NCBI GenBank assembly: GCA_963714975.1
Contig: CAVQQD010000003.1
Span: forward strand, 686,412-750,411
Length of the DNA stretch: 64,000 nt
Direction: 5' to 3'
Source: an uncultured Gammaproteobacteria bacterium
Lineage (GTDB): Bacteria; Pseudomonadota; Gammaproteobacteria; JAURND01
A program made the translations under genes and the position numbers. Position 1 is the first letter of the stretch; each line of letters starts with the position of its first letter. Positions 20,859-29,204 of the stretch are shown here, one piece after another. Under the pieces are notes generated by a model, which was not told the origin of the DNA, searched no databases, and saw only the letters and a list, made by a program, of their open reading frames with translations.

Positions 20859-21025
20859 GCCAGCAAAATATTATGGTCTTGCGTCAAATTTAGACGATGC
20901 CAAGTTGTGTCAATACTGGCAAAGAGGGAGACTGCCCCCTGCCGCTTGGAGGAAGGTTATTATTTCGGCTGAAATGCAGTGTATTTTCGCCATCATATGA
21001 GACAGCTTCTAGACCTCAGTATAGC

Positions 21026-21159
21026 CTATCCGATGCACACAAATCGGTCAGCAATTCCGCTGAAGCCTTGCTCCCCGGCGGGTCCTGCCGCAGCGGCAGG
21101 ACCCGTCGGGGGAATAGGGTTTCAGCGGAATTGCTGACCGATTTGTGTGCATCGGATAG
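21026..21159. repeat. 134-bp palindromic element (perfect 39-bp arms plus an inner GC hairpin)
   Basis: CTATCCGATGCACACAAATCGGTCAGCAATTCCGCTGAA (21026-21064) is the exact reverse complement of 21121-21159. The centre contains GGGTCCTGCCGC-AGC-GGCAGGACCC. Confidence 0.85.
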
Positions 21160-21434
21160 CTACTACAGTTGATGCTAGTAATTTAGATTTTTTTGGATAG
21201 TGATAAAAAGGATAATAACGCAAGTAGCGATGGACTAATTTTCTGATCACGGTAATTAAATCTTGCTAAGCTAATATCGTCGTCAAACTGAGGCCCACTA
21301 CGGTGTTGAGATGAGTTAGAAATTCTTGCGCATCAACCCTGGAAATTTTTCCAGGGTGATGGCAATAATTTAAATCAGCAAGCTGCGCAATTTCTGCTGG
21401 TTTAAAAGGGATCTTGAGTACATGATGGTTCATA

Positions 21435-21860
21435 TTAGTTTTCCATAAAATAATCTTTATCGTAGGATAGTACAAGATGCTTAACCAATTCCTCACATAC
21501 TTCTCCGAGCAGTGGCTTAAATAAAAAACCATTACAACCGATCTCCCGAGCTTCTTTTTTATGTGCTTCAGTGCCATGTGCGGTTAAAATGATGATGGGT
21601 AGCGTGCTGATTTTATCAGGGAACCTGCGAATAATTCGCGCTAATGCTAGGCCACTCATATCTGGAAGACCTAGGTCGATCACCGCGAAATCATAGAGAT
21701 TGCCTTTTTCAATTTTACCTAAGGCATCGCCCGCGGTAGTGGCTAGATCTACCTGACAATGCTCAGACTCAAACAATCCTTTTTGTGCCTTTCCACACAT
21801 TAAATTATCTTCGACCAATAAAGCTCGTGCGATCGGAGTAGTTTTTTCAGTTTTATTCAT
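21435..21860 (-). CDS. single-domain response regulator (CheY-like receiver)
   Basis: 141 aa from the ATG at 21860 (AGGAG upstream). LLVEDN acidic pocket, phospho-acceptor context AVIDLGLPDMSG, and ILTAHG...K. Confidence 0.85.
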   Translation of the reverse strand: MNKTEKTTPIARALLVEDNLMCGKAQKGLFESEHCQVDLATTAGDALGKIEKGNLYDFAVIDLGLPDMSGLALARIIRRFPDKISTLPIIILTAHGTEAHKKEAREIGCNGFLFKPLLGEVCEELVKHLVLSYDKDYFMEN

Positions 21861-21937
21861 AGAATGCTCCTGTGTTGTTGTAAGAAAGTGAATGCGCAAC
21901 ACAACAAAAATTGGAAATTATCAGACCTATGCATTTC

Positions 21938-22023
21938 GGGTAGGAATGGTAGAGGCTAAAAGATTAGAGCAGAGCAGCGGAGCCCGCTGCTCCACCATAA
22001 CCACCCCTACCATTCTACTACCC
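21938..22023. repeat. 86-bp imperfect palindromic element
   Basis: GGGTAGGAATGGTAGAGG ... CCCCTACCATTCTACTACCC arms around a perfect 9-bp hairpin GAGCAGCGG-AGC-CCGCTGCTC. Confidence 0.7.
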
Positions 22024-22297
22024 AGCCTTTCGCAATTCGCCACTGCCTAAACCATCCCCAAAAGCTATCTCACAGCCACAACCCATCATGGTCTGCGAGG
22101 ATTTAAATGAAATAGCCCTTAAATTTGCCTGAGCAAGGCAAACTAATGGTTTAAGTTGAGTGGGAAAGTACAAAAAGCTGTTTTGCGCGAACGCATGATA
22201 CGTTAAAATGGTTGCAACCATGATGAAAATCTCCAAGTTAGATTTTTGTTGTGGCCAGCAGTTGGCGAGGGGTGATGACCTTGCCGACTGCGCTTGA

Positions 22298-23688
22298 GTA
22301 TTATCATCAGACTTTCTTAATAATGCAATACCTGATTTAATTTTTTTACTTTCTAAACTGAAAGCCACATCTCTTATTGCATTATTTGCATCTGGATTCA
22401 CATGCCCAACATGGGAAAAAATCCAAACTCTGTTCATCGGAGCGATATTGTGCCGAAGAGCCAGGCGGATAAGTAGTATTTTGCGGGTGATGAATTTATC
22501 CAGGGAGAAAAATTTTTCTAAATATCACCGCGTTCTAAGTCGAGCGCAATGGGATGGCTTAGTGTTAAGCAAAATTTTATTTGGAATGTTGGTGAATGTG
22601 TTGCCAAAGTCATGGCCAATTTTAATAGCTGTCGATGAAACGCTGGAACGCAGAAGAGGCAAAAAAATAAAGGCCAAAGGTGCATACCGCGATGCCGTGC
22701 TCTCAAGTGAATCCAAAGTCATTACGTCTTTCGGATTAAAGTGGGAATGCATGACGTTGATTGTGCCATTACCTTGGTGTAAGCGTCCATGGGCGTTACC
22801 TTTTTTGACAGTTCTTGCTCCATCAAAAAAATGTAATGAAAAAGAAAAGAAACGGCATAAAACATCCATAGATTGGACGCAACAAATGGTGAAATTAGTT
22901 TCTTGTTGGGCAAAGCGCCCTTGGATATTGATAGGGGATGGAGCTTATGCTTGTATGAAATTGGCGCAAACTTGTCTTAAACGGCACGTTACATTGATAT
23001 CGCGTTTGCGATTAGATGCTCAGTTGTATAAGTTTCCCGAATCGACAGGAAAGACCAGGGGTAGGAGACCAATTAAAGGCAAACGAATTTTTCTCAAAAA
23101 ATTGTTGGAAGATACTGCTCAATCGTGGGAAACCATGGAGGTTAATTGGTATGGTGGAAAGAAAAAACCATCGAATACTTGACGTTTGTGTGCCTATGGT
23201 ACCATGCGGGTATGCCTACCTTACCCGTGCGAATTGTGCTAGTCAAAACGCCTGATGGAAAAAATGCGGCTGAAACATTTTTTAGTACGAATACGGATGA
23301 TTTACCGAAACAAATTATTAATTGGTTTGTCCTGCGATGGAATATTGAGGTCACTTTTGAAGAAGTTCGCGCTCATTTGGGTGTAGAGACGCAACGGCAA
23401 TGGTCAGATAAGGCCATCCAAAGATCAACACCGTTATTGGTGGGACTGTATTCGTTAGCGGCGCTGATAGGGATTAAAATGAATGAAACAACAGCCATTT
23501 TGATTCAAGAAAAAGCCTCCTGGTATGAAAAAAATGGTGAACTGACTTTTGCTGATATTATTATGGTAATCAGGAAATCAATTCTAACGAAAAAGTATTT
23601 TTCAAAGTCTGAAAACAGAGGTGACTTGTTGGAAATTACCGCTAATGAAGCTAATGATTTGATTTATCAACTCGCGTTAGCTGCATAA
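22298..23688 (+). pseudogene. IS701/IS4-family DDE transposase, degraded (no start codon for the conserved N-terminus, plus one frameshift)
   Basis: Two overlapping ORFs (22448..23182 and 23146..23688) together read like an IS701-type transposase (LIGDGAYA, RWNIEVTFEE.K/R..LG). The frame break is at the A6 run at 23162-23167. The frame of ORF1 stays open back to 22298 and encodes transposase-like sequence without an ATG. IS ends not identified. Confidence 0.75.
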
Positions 23689-23720
23689 TTGACTAAAGTC
23701 GAGTTATAAGGAAGGTAAGT

Positions 23721-24455
23721 TTATTTTCGTGCCTTGATCAGCAACAAAGGAGGGCGGATTTTATGGATGATAAACTCTGCTCTTTTTGCAATTAATTGAT
23801 CATCAGGCATTGGCTCTAATACACGTTCGATGATCAACTCATTATCTATTAAGATATTTATATAGGTTGAGACTTTTCGATGGTATTTTTTTACCCCCTC
23901 TACTAACCATTTTTGTTCAAATAATTTTTCATCACGATAGTTATACACTGGATGAAAGAGATTGCCTTGTTGATCTGTTTTGATAATGCCTCCGGTGTAG
24001 GCGGTGCAAATTGGATGTTCAACTGAAAATATTAAAAATCCGTTCGTTTTTAAGTAAGAAATAATTTCTTTTATCATTAATTCCAGATTTTCTACATAAT
24101 GAAAAACCAGAGAAGAGACAATGAGGTCAAAAGAATTTTCACGGCACTCTAGATCTTCTACAGGGATTTGCTGGTATATTATATTGGGATGTTGATTTTC
24201 TGTTTTTGCCACCTTCAGCATGTTGGCAGAAGCATCGATAGCAAAGACTGATTTAGCGCCTTCTGTAGCTGCATATTTTGCAAATTCCCCAAATCCGCAG
24301 CCAATTTCCAAGATGGCTTTATCATCCAGCTTGGGCAATAAAGAAAAAATGGCTGGTTGTTCAATGAGGTTGTTAAATCCTTCATCATTCTCACGAATGG
24401 CTTTATATGCCTTAAAAAATTCATCATTATCATAGATGTTTTGAATTTTTTTCAT
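23721..24455 (-). CDS. class I SAM-dependent methyltransferase
   Basis: 244 aa. Motif I ILEIGCGFGEF, then AIDAS..ML..A and DLIVSSLVFHYV. Confidence 0.8.
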   Translation of the reverse strand: MKKIQNIYDNDEFFKAYKAIRENDEGFNNLIEQPAIFSLLPKLDDKAILEIGCGFGEFAKYAATEGAKSVFAIDASANMLKVAKTENQHPNIIYQQIPVEDLECRENSFDLIVSSLVFHYVENLELMIKEIISYLKTNGFLIFSVEHPICTAYTGGIIKTDQQGNLFHPVYNYRDEKLFEQKWLVEGVKKYHRKVSTYINILIDNELIIERVLEPMPDDQLIAKRAEFIIHKIRPPLLLIKARK

Positions 24456-24610
24456 GATCCTGAATTCCCTATTTTTATAAGAATTTGCTTGCTTTAAATG
24501 TATGAAACTGCAATTTTCATCGCAATTTCCTTAGAGGTCAGAAGCCCGCCCTTTAGGGCGGAAGGAAGCGACTCACCTCGGCCTGAAGGCCGGAGACTTT
24601 ATTGCTGGGA

Positions 24611-24901
24611 CTACCCTGGGGGAAGGGAATTAATCCTATCCTTTAAATCCTTGCCCATCTTGAAATAAGGCCAAAACTTGGCTGAGGTGGCTACTTGCGT
24701 GCCTGTCTTTGGATTCCGGGCTTGACGAGGAGAGCGGTAACGCAGGCTGAAGCTGCCAAAACCGCGAATTTCAATTCTTTGGCCGCCGGCTAAGGATTGG
24801 CATAAATAATCAAAGATATGGTTGATACTGTGCTCAATATCCTCTAAGGAAAGACAGTTTTGTTTCGCAGCGACGCGTTGGATCAGCTCGGATTTGATCA
24901 T
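24611..24901 (-). CDS. ihfB: integration host factor beta subunit
   Basis: 96 aa. MIKSELI...RIEIRGFGSFSLRYRSPRQARNPKTG matches the IHF-beta/HU fold signature. Confidence 0.85.
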   Translation of the reverse strand: MIKSELIQRVAAKQNCLSLEDIEHSINHIFDYLCQSLAGGQRIEIRGFGSFSLRYRSPRQARNPKTGTQVATSAKFWPYFKMGKDLKDRINSLPPG

Positions 24902-25572
24902 AGGGGTTCCTCATAAAGACCGTAGGGAATTCCAGTACTTGGCAAAGCTTCCCCATCTAACAGAATGCAATCGTCTAGAAATTGTAGCCGCCCTTTAGCA
25001 TATAACGCAATCACTTTGGGATACAGGCTATGTTCAAGCTGCTGTACTTTTGCTTTGAGTGAATTAGCATTGTCTTCTGGGCTAATGGCCACTTGAGCTT
25101 GGGCGATAATGGGCCCGCTGTCTAATTCCTCAGTCACTACATGCACGGTGGTCCCATGATAGCGATCACCGGCGGCAAGAACTTGTTGATAAGTTTTAAG
25201 TCCTCGATATTTAGGTAGCAGTGAAGGATGAATATTAATAATTTGCTGCGGAAATTTTTCAATGAATTCTGGGGTTAAAATACGCATAAATCCAGCCAAG
25301 CAAATCAGCTGGGGGTGGTAACCTAGGAGACATTGACTCAAAGCCTGATCATAGTCTGCTCGCTGGGGAAAATTTTTTGCCGTAATCGTTTCGGTAGGGA
25401 TGCCAGCTTGTTGGGCGCGGATTAGCCCGTAAGCATTCTCATTACTACTCACTACCACGGCAATTTCTGCGGGCAGCCCTTGGCTAATGGCATCGATAAT
25501 AGCTTGTAAGGTCCCACCGAAACCCGAAATCAGCACGGCAATGGGCAGAGGATGAGCCTTAGAATACCGCAT
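24898..25572 (-). CDS. purN: phosphoribosylglycinamide formyltransferase
   Basis: [18 protein letters not shown] and HGTTVH motifs. Start not refined; it overlaps the purM end. Confidence 0.9.
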   Translation of the reverse strand: MRYSKAHPLPIAVLISGFGGTLQAIIDAISQGLPAEIAVVVSSNENAYGLIRAQQAGIPTETITAKNFPQRADYDQALSQCLLGYHPQLICLAGFMRILTPEFIEKFPQQIINIHPSLLPKYRGLKTYQQVLAAGDRYHGTTVHVVTEELDSGPIIAQAQVAISPEDNANSLKAKVQQLEHSLYPKVIALYAKGRLQFLDDCILLDGEALPSTGIPYGLYEEPL

Positions 25573-26626
25573 GATTTAGCATGACTTGTGGCTGAGAGTG
25601 CGGCGATTGAGTGATTTCGCCAATGATCCAGGCGGTTTCTCCGAACTGCTGTAATAAATCAAGGCTGCGTTGGGCACTATCTTGAGGAACACAGGCAATC
25701 ATCCCAATACCGCAATTGAAGGTGCGAAACATTTCCTGGCTGTCAATGGCGCCTTGGGCTTGTAGCCAGTGAAAAATAGGGGGGATTTTCCAAGCGCGCG
25801 AGTCTAGCTGAGCGGTAGTAAAAGGCGGGAGTACCCGAGGAATATTTTCAATTAAGCCGCCGCCGGTAATATGCGCCAGACCATGCACTGCAACTTCTTG
25901 CATTAAGCTGAGTAGGGGTTTGACGTAAATCCGGGTAGGTTGCAATAAAGCTGCGCCCAAGTTGGTATCACCAAAAGCTTGCTGCAAGTCGCACTGGTTT
26001 TGCGCCAAAATCTTGCGCACCAGCGAGAAGCCGTTGGCATGAACCCCCGAGGAGGCAATGCCAATAATCGCGTCTCCTGGCGCGACGCGACGACCATCAA
26101 TTAGTTGGGCTTTTTCGACAATACCCACGCTAAAACCAGCTAAGTCGTAATCCGAGCCCTGATAGACGCCGGGCATTTCCGCGGTTTCTCCGCCAATGAG
26201 TGCAGCTCCTGCTTGTTGGCAGCCGAGGCCAATGCCGCCCATCACTTCCGTTGCGATGTCGAGTGATAAATGCCCGGTGGCATAATAGTCCAGAAAAAAT
26301 AAGGGTTCTGCGCCTTGAACGATAATATCATTCACACACATAGCCACCAGGTCGATGCCAATCGTATCGTGTTTTTGCAGGGCTAAAGCTAACTTCAGTT
26401 TAGTGCCCACCCCGTCAGTCGAGGAGACCAGGATCGGTTGTTGGTAACGGTGCAATGGTAGCTCGAATAAAGCGCCAAAGCCTCCAAGGCCTGCTAGTAC
26501 TTCTGGGCGCTGAGTTTTTGCCGCAATCGGTTTAATTCGTTGGACGAATTCATTGCCGGTGTCGATATCAACCCCCGCTTGGGCATAAGTTAAAGAAGGA
26601 TTTTGTGGCTGGCTCATAGTCAGCAT
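25559..26626 (-). CDS. purM: phosphoribosylformylglycinamidine cyclo-ligase (AIR synthetase)
   Basis: YAQAGVDID start region and DGVGTKL motif. 355 aa. Confidence 0.95.
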   Translation of the reverse strand: MLTMSQPQNPSLTYAQAGVDIDTGNEFVQRIKPIAAKTQRPEVLAGLGGFGALFELPLHRYQQPILVSSTDGVGTKLKLALALQKHDTIGIDLVAMCVNDIIVQGAEPLFFLDYYATGHLSLDIATEVMGGIGLGCQQAGAALIGGETAEMPGVYQGSDYDLAGFSVGIVEKAQLIDGRRVAPGDAIIGIASSGVHANGFSLVRKILAQNQCDLQQAFGDTNLGAALLQPTRIYVKPLLSLMQEVAVHGLAHITGGGLIENIPRVLPPFTTAQLDSRAWKIPPIFHWLQAQGAIDSQEMFRTFNCGIGMIACVPQDSAQRSLDLLQQFGETAWIIGEITQSPHSQPQVMLNHAVF

Positions 26627-26667
26627 ATAATAGGCAGCTATTTTTTAAATTGCTACTAGGGGATTGT

Positions 26668-27426
26668 ATGAGAACGAAAATAATCGGCTCGATATTAGCT
26701 TGGCTGTTTCCTGCGTCTATTTTTGCCCTGGCGTTGCCCACGCTGTATCAAGGGGAAGTGGTGGTGCCAGGGTATGCTCAAGAGCATTGGCAAAAAGCCG
26801 TGGCTCCGGCGTTAGCCCAGGTGCTAGTGAAAGTTAGCGGTGATGCTAATGTTACGCAAATTAGCTCGATTCGTACGGCGCTAAGCAAGGCAGGAAACCT
26901 GGTGCAAAGTTACAATTATGCGGGCATTGATCGTGATGGTCAGCCCATGTTAGTTCTGCAATTACGCTTTTCACCCAGAGCGGTCAATCAATTATTGCAG
27001 CAAGAGAATCAACCGGTGTTACCCAAGGAGCGTGCGCAGAGTTTGTTATGGCTAGTTTCAGCTGACACCCAGGGTCAACTAACCCTGGTGAACGATGAGC
27101 ATTCTTTAATGCTAGGGTTACAGAAAGAAGCAGAAAAAATAGGCATACCATTGCTTTGGCCGTCCCTGGATTTGCAAGATTTACAGCGGGTGTCTGCCCG
27201 ACAAATTGCTGATTTTGATCAGACCGTGATTACTGCTGCTTCACAGCGTTATAACCCCGAGGCGGTGTTGATTGGGAAAATTAGCCAATTAGGGAATGCA
27301 AGTTGGCACGGGAAGTGGTTATGGATAGGTCCCGGCGGGGATCAAACGTGGGAGACTTATGGTGCAACAGCAAATCAAGCGATGAATAATGTTTTGAGTC
27401 AATTACGCCAGGGTATGGTGAGCTAA
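26668..27426 (+). CDS. DUF2066-like secreted protein
   Basis: Signal-peptide-like N-terminus. It occupies the conserved purM / DUF2066 / hda position seen in other gammaproteobacteria (recalled from memory). Confidence 0.65.
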   Translation: MRTKIIGSILAWLFPASIFALALPTLYQGEVVVPGYAQEHWQKAVAPALAQVLVKVSGDANVTQISSIRTALSKAGNLVQSYNYAGIDRDGQPMLVLQLRFSPRAVNQLLQQENQPVLPKERAQSLLWLVSADTQGQLTLVNDEHSLMLGLQKEAEKIGIPLLWPSLDLQDLQRVSARQIADFDQTVITAASQRYNPEAVLIGKISQLGNASWHGKWLWIGPGGDQTWETYGATANQAMNNVLSQLRQGMVS

Positions 27427-27429
27427 AAA

Positions 27430-28143
27430 ATGCCAATTCAGTTACCTATCCTATTGCAATGGCCTGACTGTGCGAGTTTTACCAGTTATTATCCAGCGGA
27501 AAATCTTGCTGTGGTGCAATACTTACAAACCTGGTTAGGGGACGCAATTCGCGAAGACGCCTGTGTCTGTGTATATGGCGCCGCAGGGATAGGTCTCACT
27601 CATTTGCTACAGGCCTGTTGTCAGTCTCTACAGCTACAGGGACAAGCAGCTGCTTATTTACCGATGAAACAAAATCTTTCTTTAGCAATCGTAGAAGGAA
27701 TGGAAACCTTGGCTTTAGTGGCCGTTGACGATGTTGATCAGATAGCTGGAGATCGTGATTGGGAAGAGGCAATATTTCATTGCTATAACCGCTGTAAAAT
27801 TAAAGCCACGCCTTTTTTACTGGCGAGTCATACTCCTCCTCAGCAAATAGCTTGGTCTTTGCCTGATTTGGCTTCAAGAATAAATGCTAGTATCTTGATC
27901 CCGGTTCAGCCATTAGCTGATGAGGCAAAGATAGCGGCCCTACAACATCGGGCTAAATTGCGTGGTTTAGATTTACCCCTCGAAGTAGGTAATTATTTAT
28001 TAAATCATTTGCCGCGGGATACCAAAGCGTTATTTCAGGTGTTAGAAACCTTAGATCAAGCTGCTTACATTGCACAGCGCCGATTGACGATTCCCTTTGT
28101 GAAAGAAGTACTTGTTAAGGCTCAAGGGGCTCATAATTTATAA
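27430..28143 (+). CDS. hda: DnaA regulatory inactivator Hda
   Basis: 237 aa AAA+ protein. The N-terminal QL.L clamp-binding-like motif (PIQLPILL) and its position next to purM/DUF2066 both fit Hda. Confidence 0.8.
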   Translation: MPIQLPILLQWPDCASFTSYYPAENLAVVQYLQTWLGDAIREDACVCVYGAAGIGLTHLLQACCQSLQLQGQAAAYLPMKQNLSLAIVEGMETLALVAVDDVDQIAGDRDWEEAIFHCYNRCKIKATPFLLASHTPPQQIAWSLPDLASRINASILIPVQPLADEAKIAALQHRAKLRGLDLPLEVGNYLLNHLPRDTKALFQVLETLDQAAYIAQRRLTIPFVKEVLVKAQGAHNL

Positions 28144-28905
28144 GTTCCATAATTTCCAGGGAGCTGTATTTTTCTCCCATAATTTCTCTAGATGCTGTTT
28201 ATCTTTTAAAGTATCAAGCGGATGCCAAAATCCTTTATGTAAATAGCCGCTTAATTTTCCTTCTTCACTAATTTTAGCCATGCAATCAGACTCTAGAATT
28301 GATTGATCATTATTCAGATATTTAAATACTCCAGGCTCACAAACATAGAATCCGGCATTTATCACAATATTGGGTTTCTCTGAGAAAGTTGTCGCGTAAT
28401 TATGTTCTATTTCGACTTGACCAAAGCGATAGGGTTGTTGCACGCAAGTGACAGTGGCGATAGATTGGTTTTGCTTGTGAAAGGTGATGGTGGCTGGAAT
28501 ATCCAGATCACTTAAGCCGTCGCCATAGGTTAAACAAAAGGTTTCATTATCGAGATAGTCTTTGACTGCCAATAATCGACCACCGGTCATGGTATTTTCC
28601 CCAGTGTCGACTAAATCAATGACCCAGTTTTCTTCGTGGTAATCATTGTAAGTAATTTTGTCGGTTTTTAAGTCGATTCGCGTGTGTTTGCAGTGATTTT
28701 GAAAATAATTGAGAAAGAACTCCTTGATGATGGGTCCTTTGTAGCCTAGGCAAATTACAAATTGATTGAAACCAAAATGATAATAAAGCTTCATGATATG
28801 CCAAATTATGGGGTATTCCCCCACCCTAATCATGGGCTTTGGTTGATGTAGCGTTTCTTCAGACACTCGAGTGCCAAAACCTCCTGCCAGGATTACCACT
28901 TTCAT
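28138..28905 (-). CDS. rfbF: glucose-1-phosphate cytidylyltransferase
   Basis: MKVVILAGGFGTR.SEET...PKPM...G..PI.WHIMK.Y matches the RfbF/DdhA N-terminus. 255 aa. Confidence 0.9.
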   Translation of the reverse strand: MKVVILAGGFGTRVSEETLHQPKPMIRVGEYPIIWHIMKLYYHFGFNQFVICLGYKGPIIKEFFLNYFQNHCKHTRIDLKTDKITYNDYHEENWVIDLVDTGENTMTGGRLLAVKDYLDNETFCLTYGDGLSDLDIPATITFHKQNQSIATVTCVQQPYRFGQVEIEHNYATTFSEKPNIVINAGFYVCEPGVFKYLNNDQSILESDCMAKISEEGKLSGYLHKGFWHPLDTLKDKQHLEKLWEKNTAPWKLWNL

Positions 28906-28919
28906 TAAGTTCTCTCCTT

Positions 28920-29200
28920 AGAATATACCCATCGCCTTTGAAGGCGCTGGGTATATTTCTTTAAAATATGACCGTCGCAAGCAAAGCTTGCAACAGTCAC
29001 TTAAGGGGGAAAATGGCGCTTTTCCCCCTTAAGAAACCCCCATCGCCTAGCAAGCACTTCAAGATGCCAAAAATACAGCATCTTGAAGTGCAATAGGTAT
29101 AAATACCCGCAGCTAATTATAGCTGTAGTTAGGACTTGCGCATAACTACTCGATCCTCGTCCTGCGGATAAGTTTCCGAATGACGGTCGGGTAGTTACTT
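28920..29200. repeat. cluster of at least five different stem-loops in a ~300-nt intergenic gap
   Basis: Examples: ATACCCATCGCC..GGCGCTGGGTAT, CTTAAGGGGGAAAA-TGGCGC-TTTTCCCCCTTAAG, CACTTCAAGATGC-N10-GCATCTTGAAGTG, AACTACTCG...CGGGTAGTT. Confidence 0.7.
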
Positions 29201-29204
29201 TACT

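Noticed and set aside
20897-21172. 91-aa ORF
   Set aside because: It spans the 134-bp perfect palindrome, and its Arg/Gly/Ser-rich sequence is dictated by the hairpin.
21266-21577. 103-aa ORF overlapping the response regulator
   Set aside because: The upstream half overlaps the receiver-domain gene in another frame. Only the last 55 codons (from the ATG at 21433) could be real, and I have no supporting similarity.
22018-22437. 139-aa minus-strand ORF
   Set aside because: It is antisense to the recognisable N-terminal coding region of the IS701-like transposase and to a palindromic element. No family resemblance.
23140-23185. Programmed -1 ribosomal frameshift in the transposase
   Set aside because: The A6 run is not positioned as a canonical X XXY YYZ heptamer in the upstream frame. 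IS701/IS4-type transposases are normally single ORFs. A simple indel is more likely.
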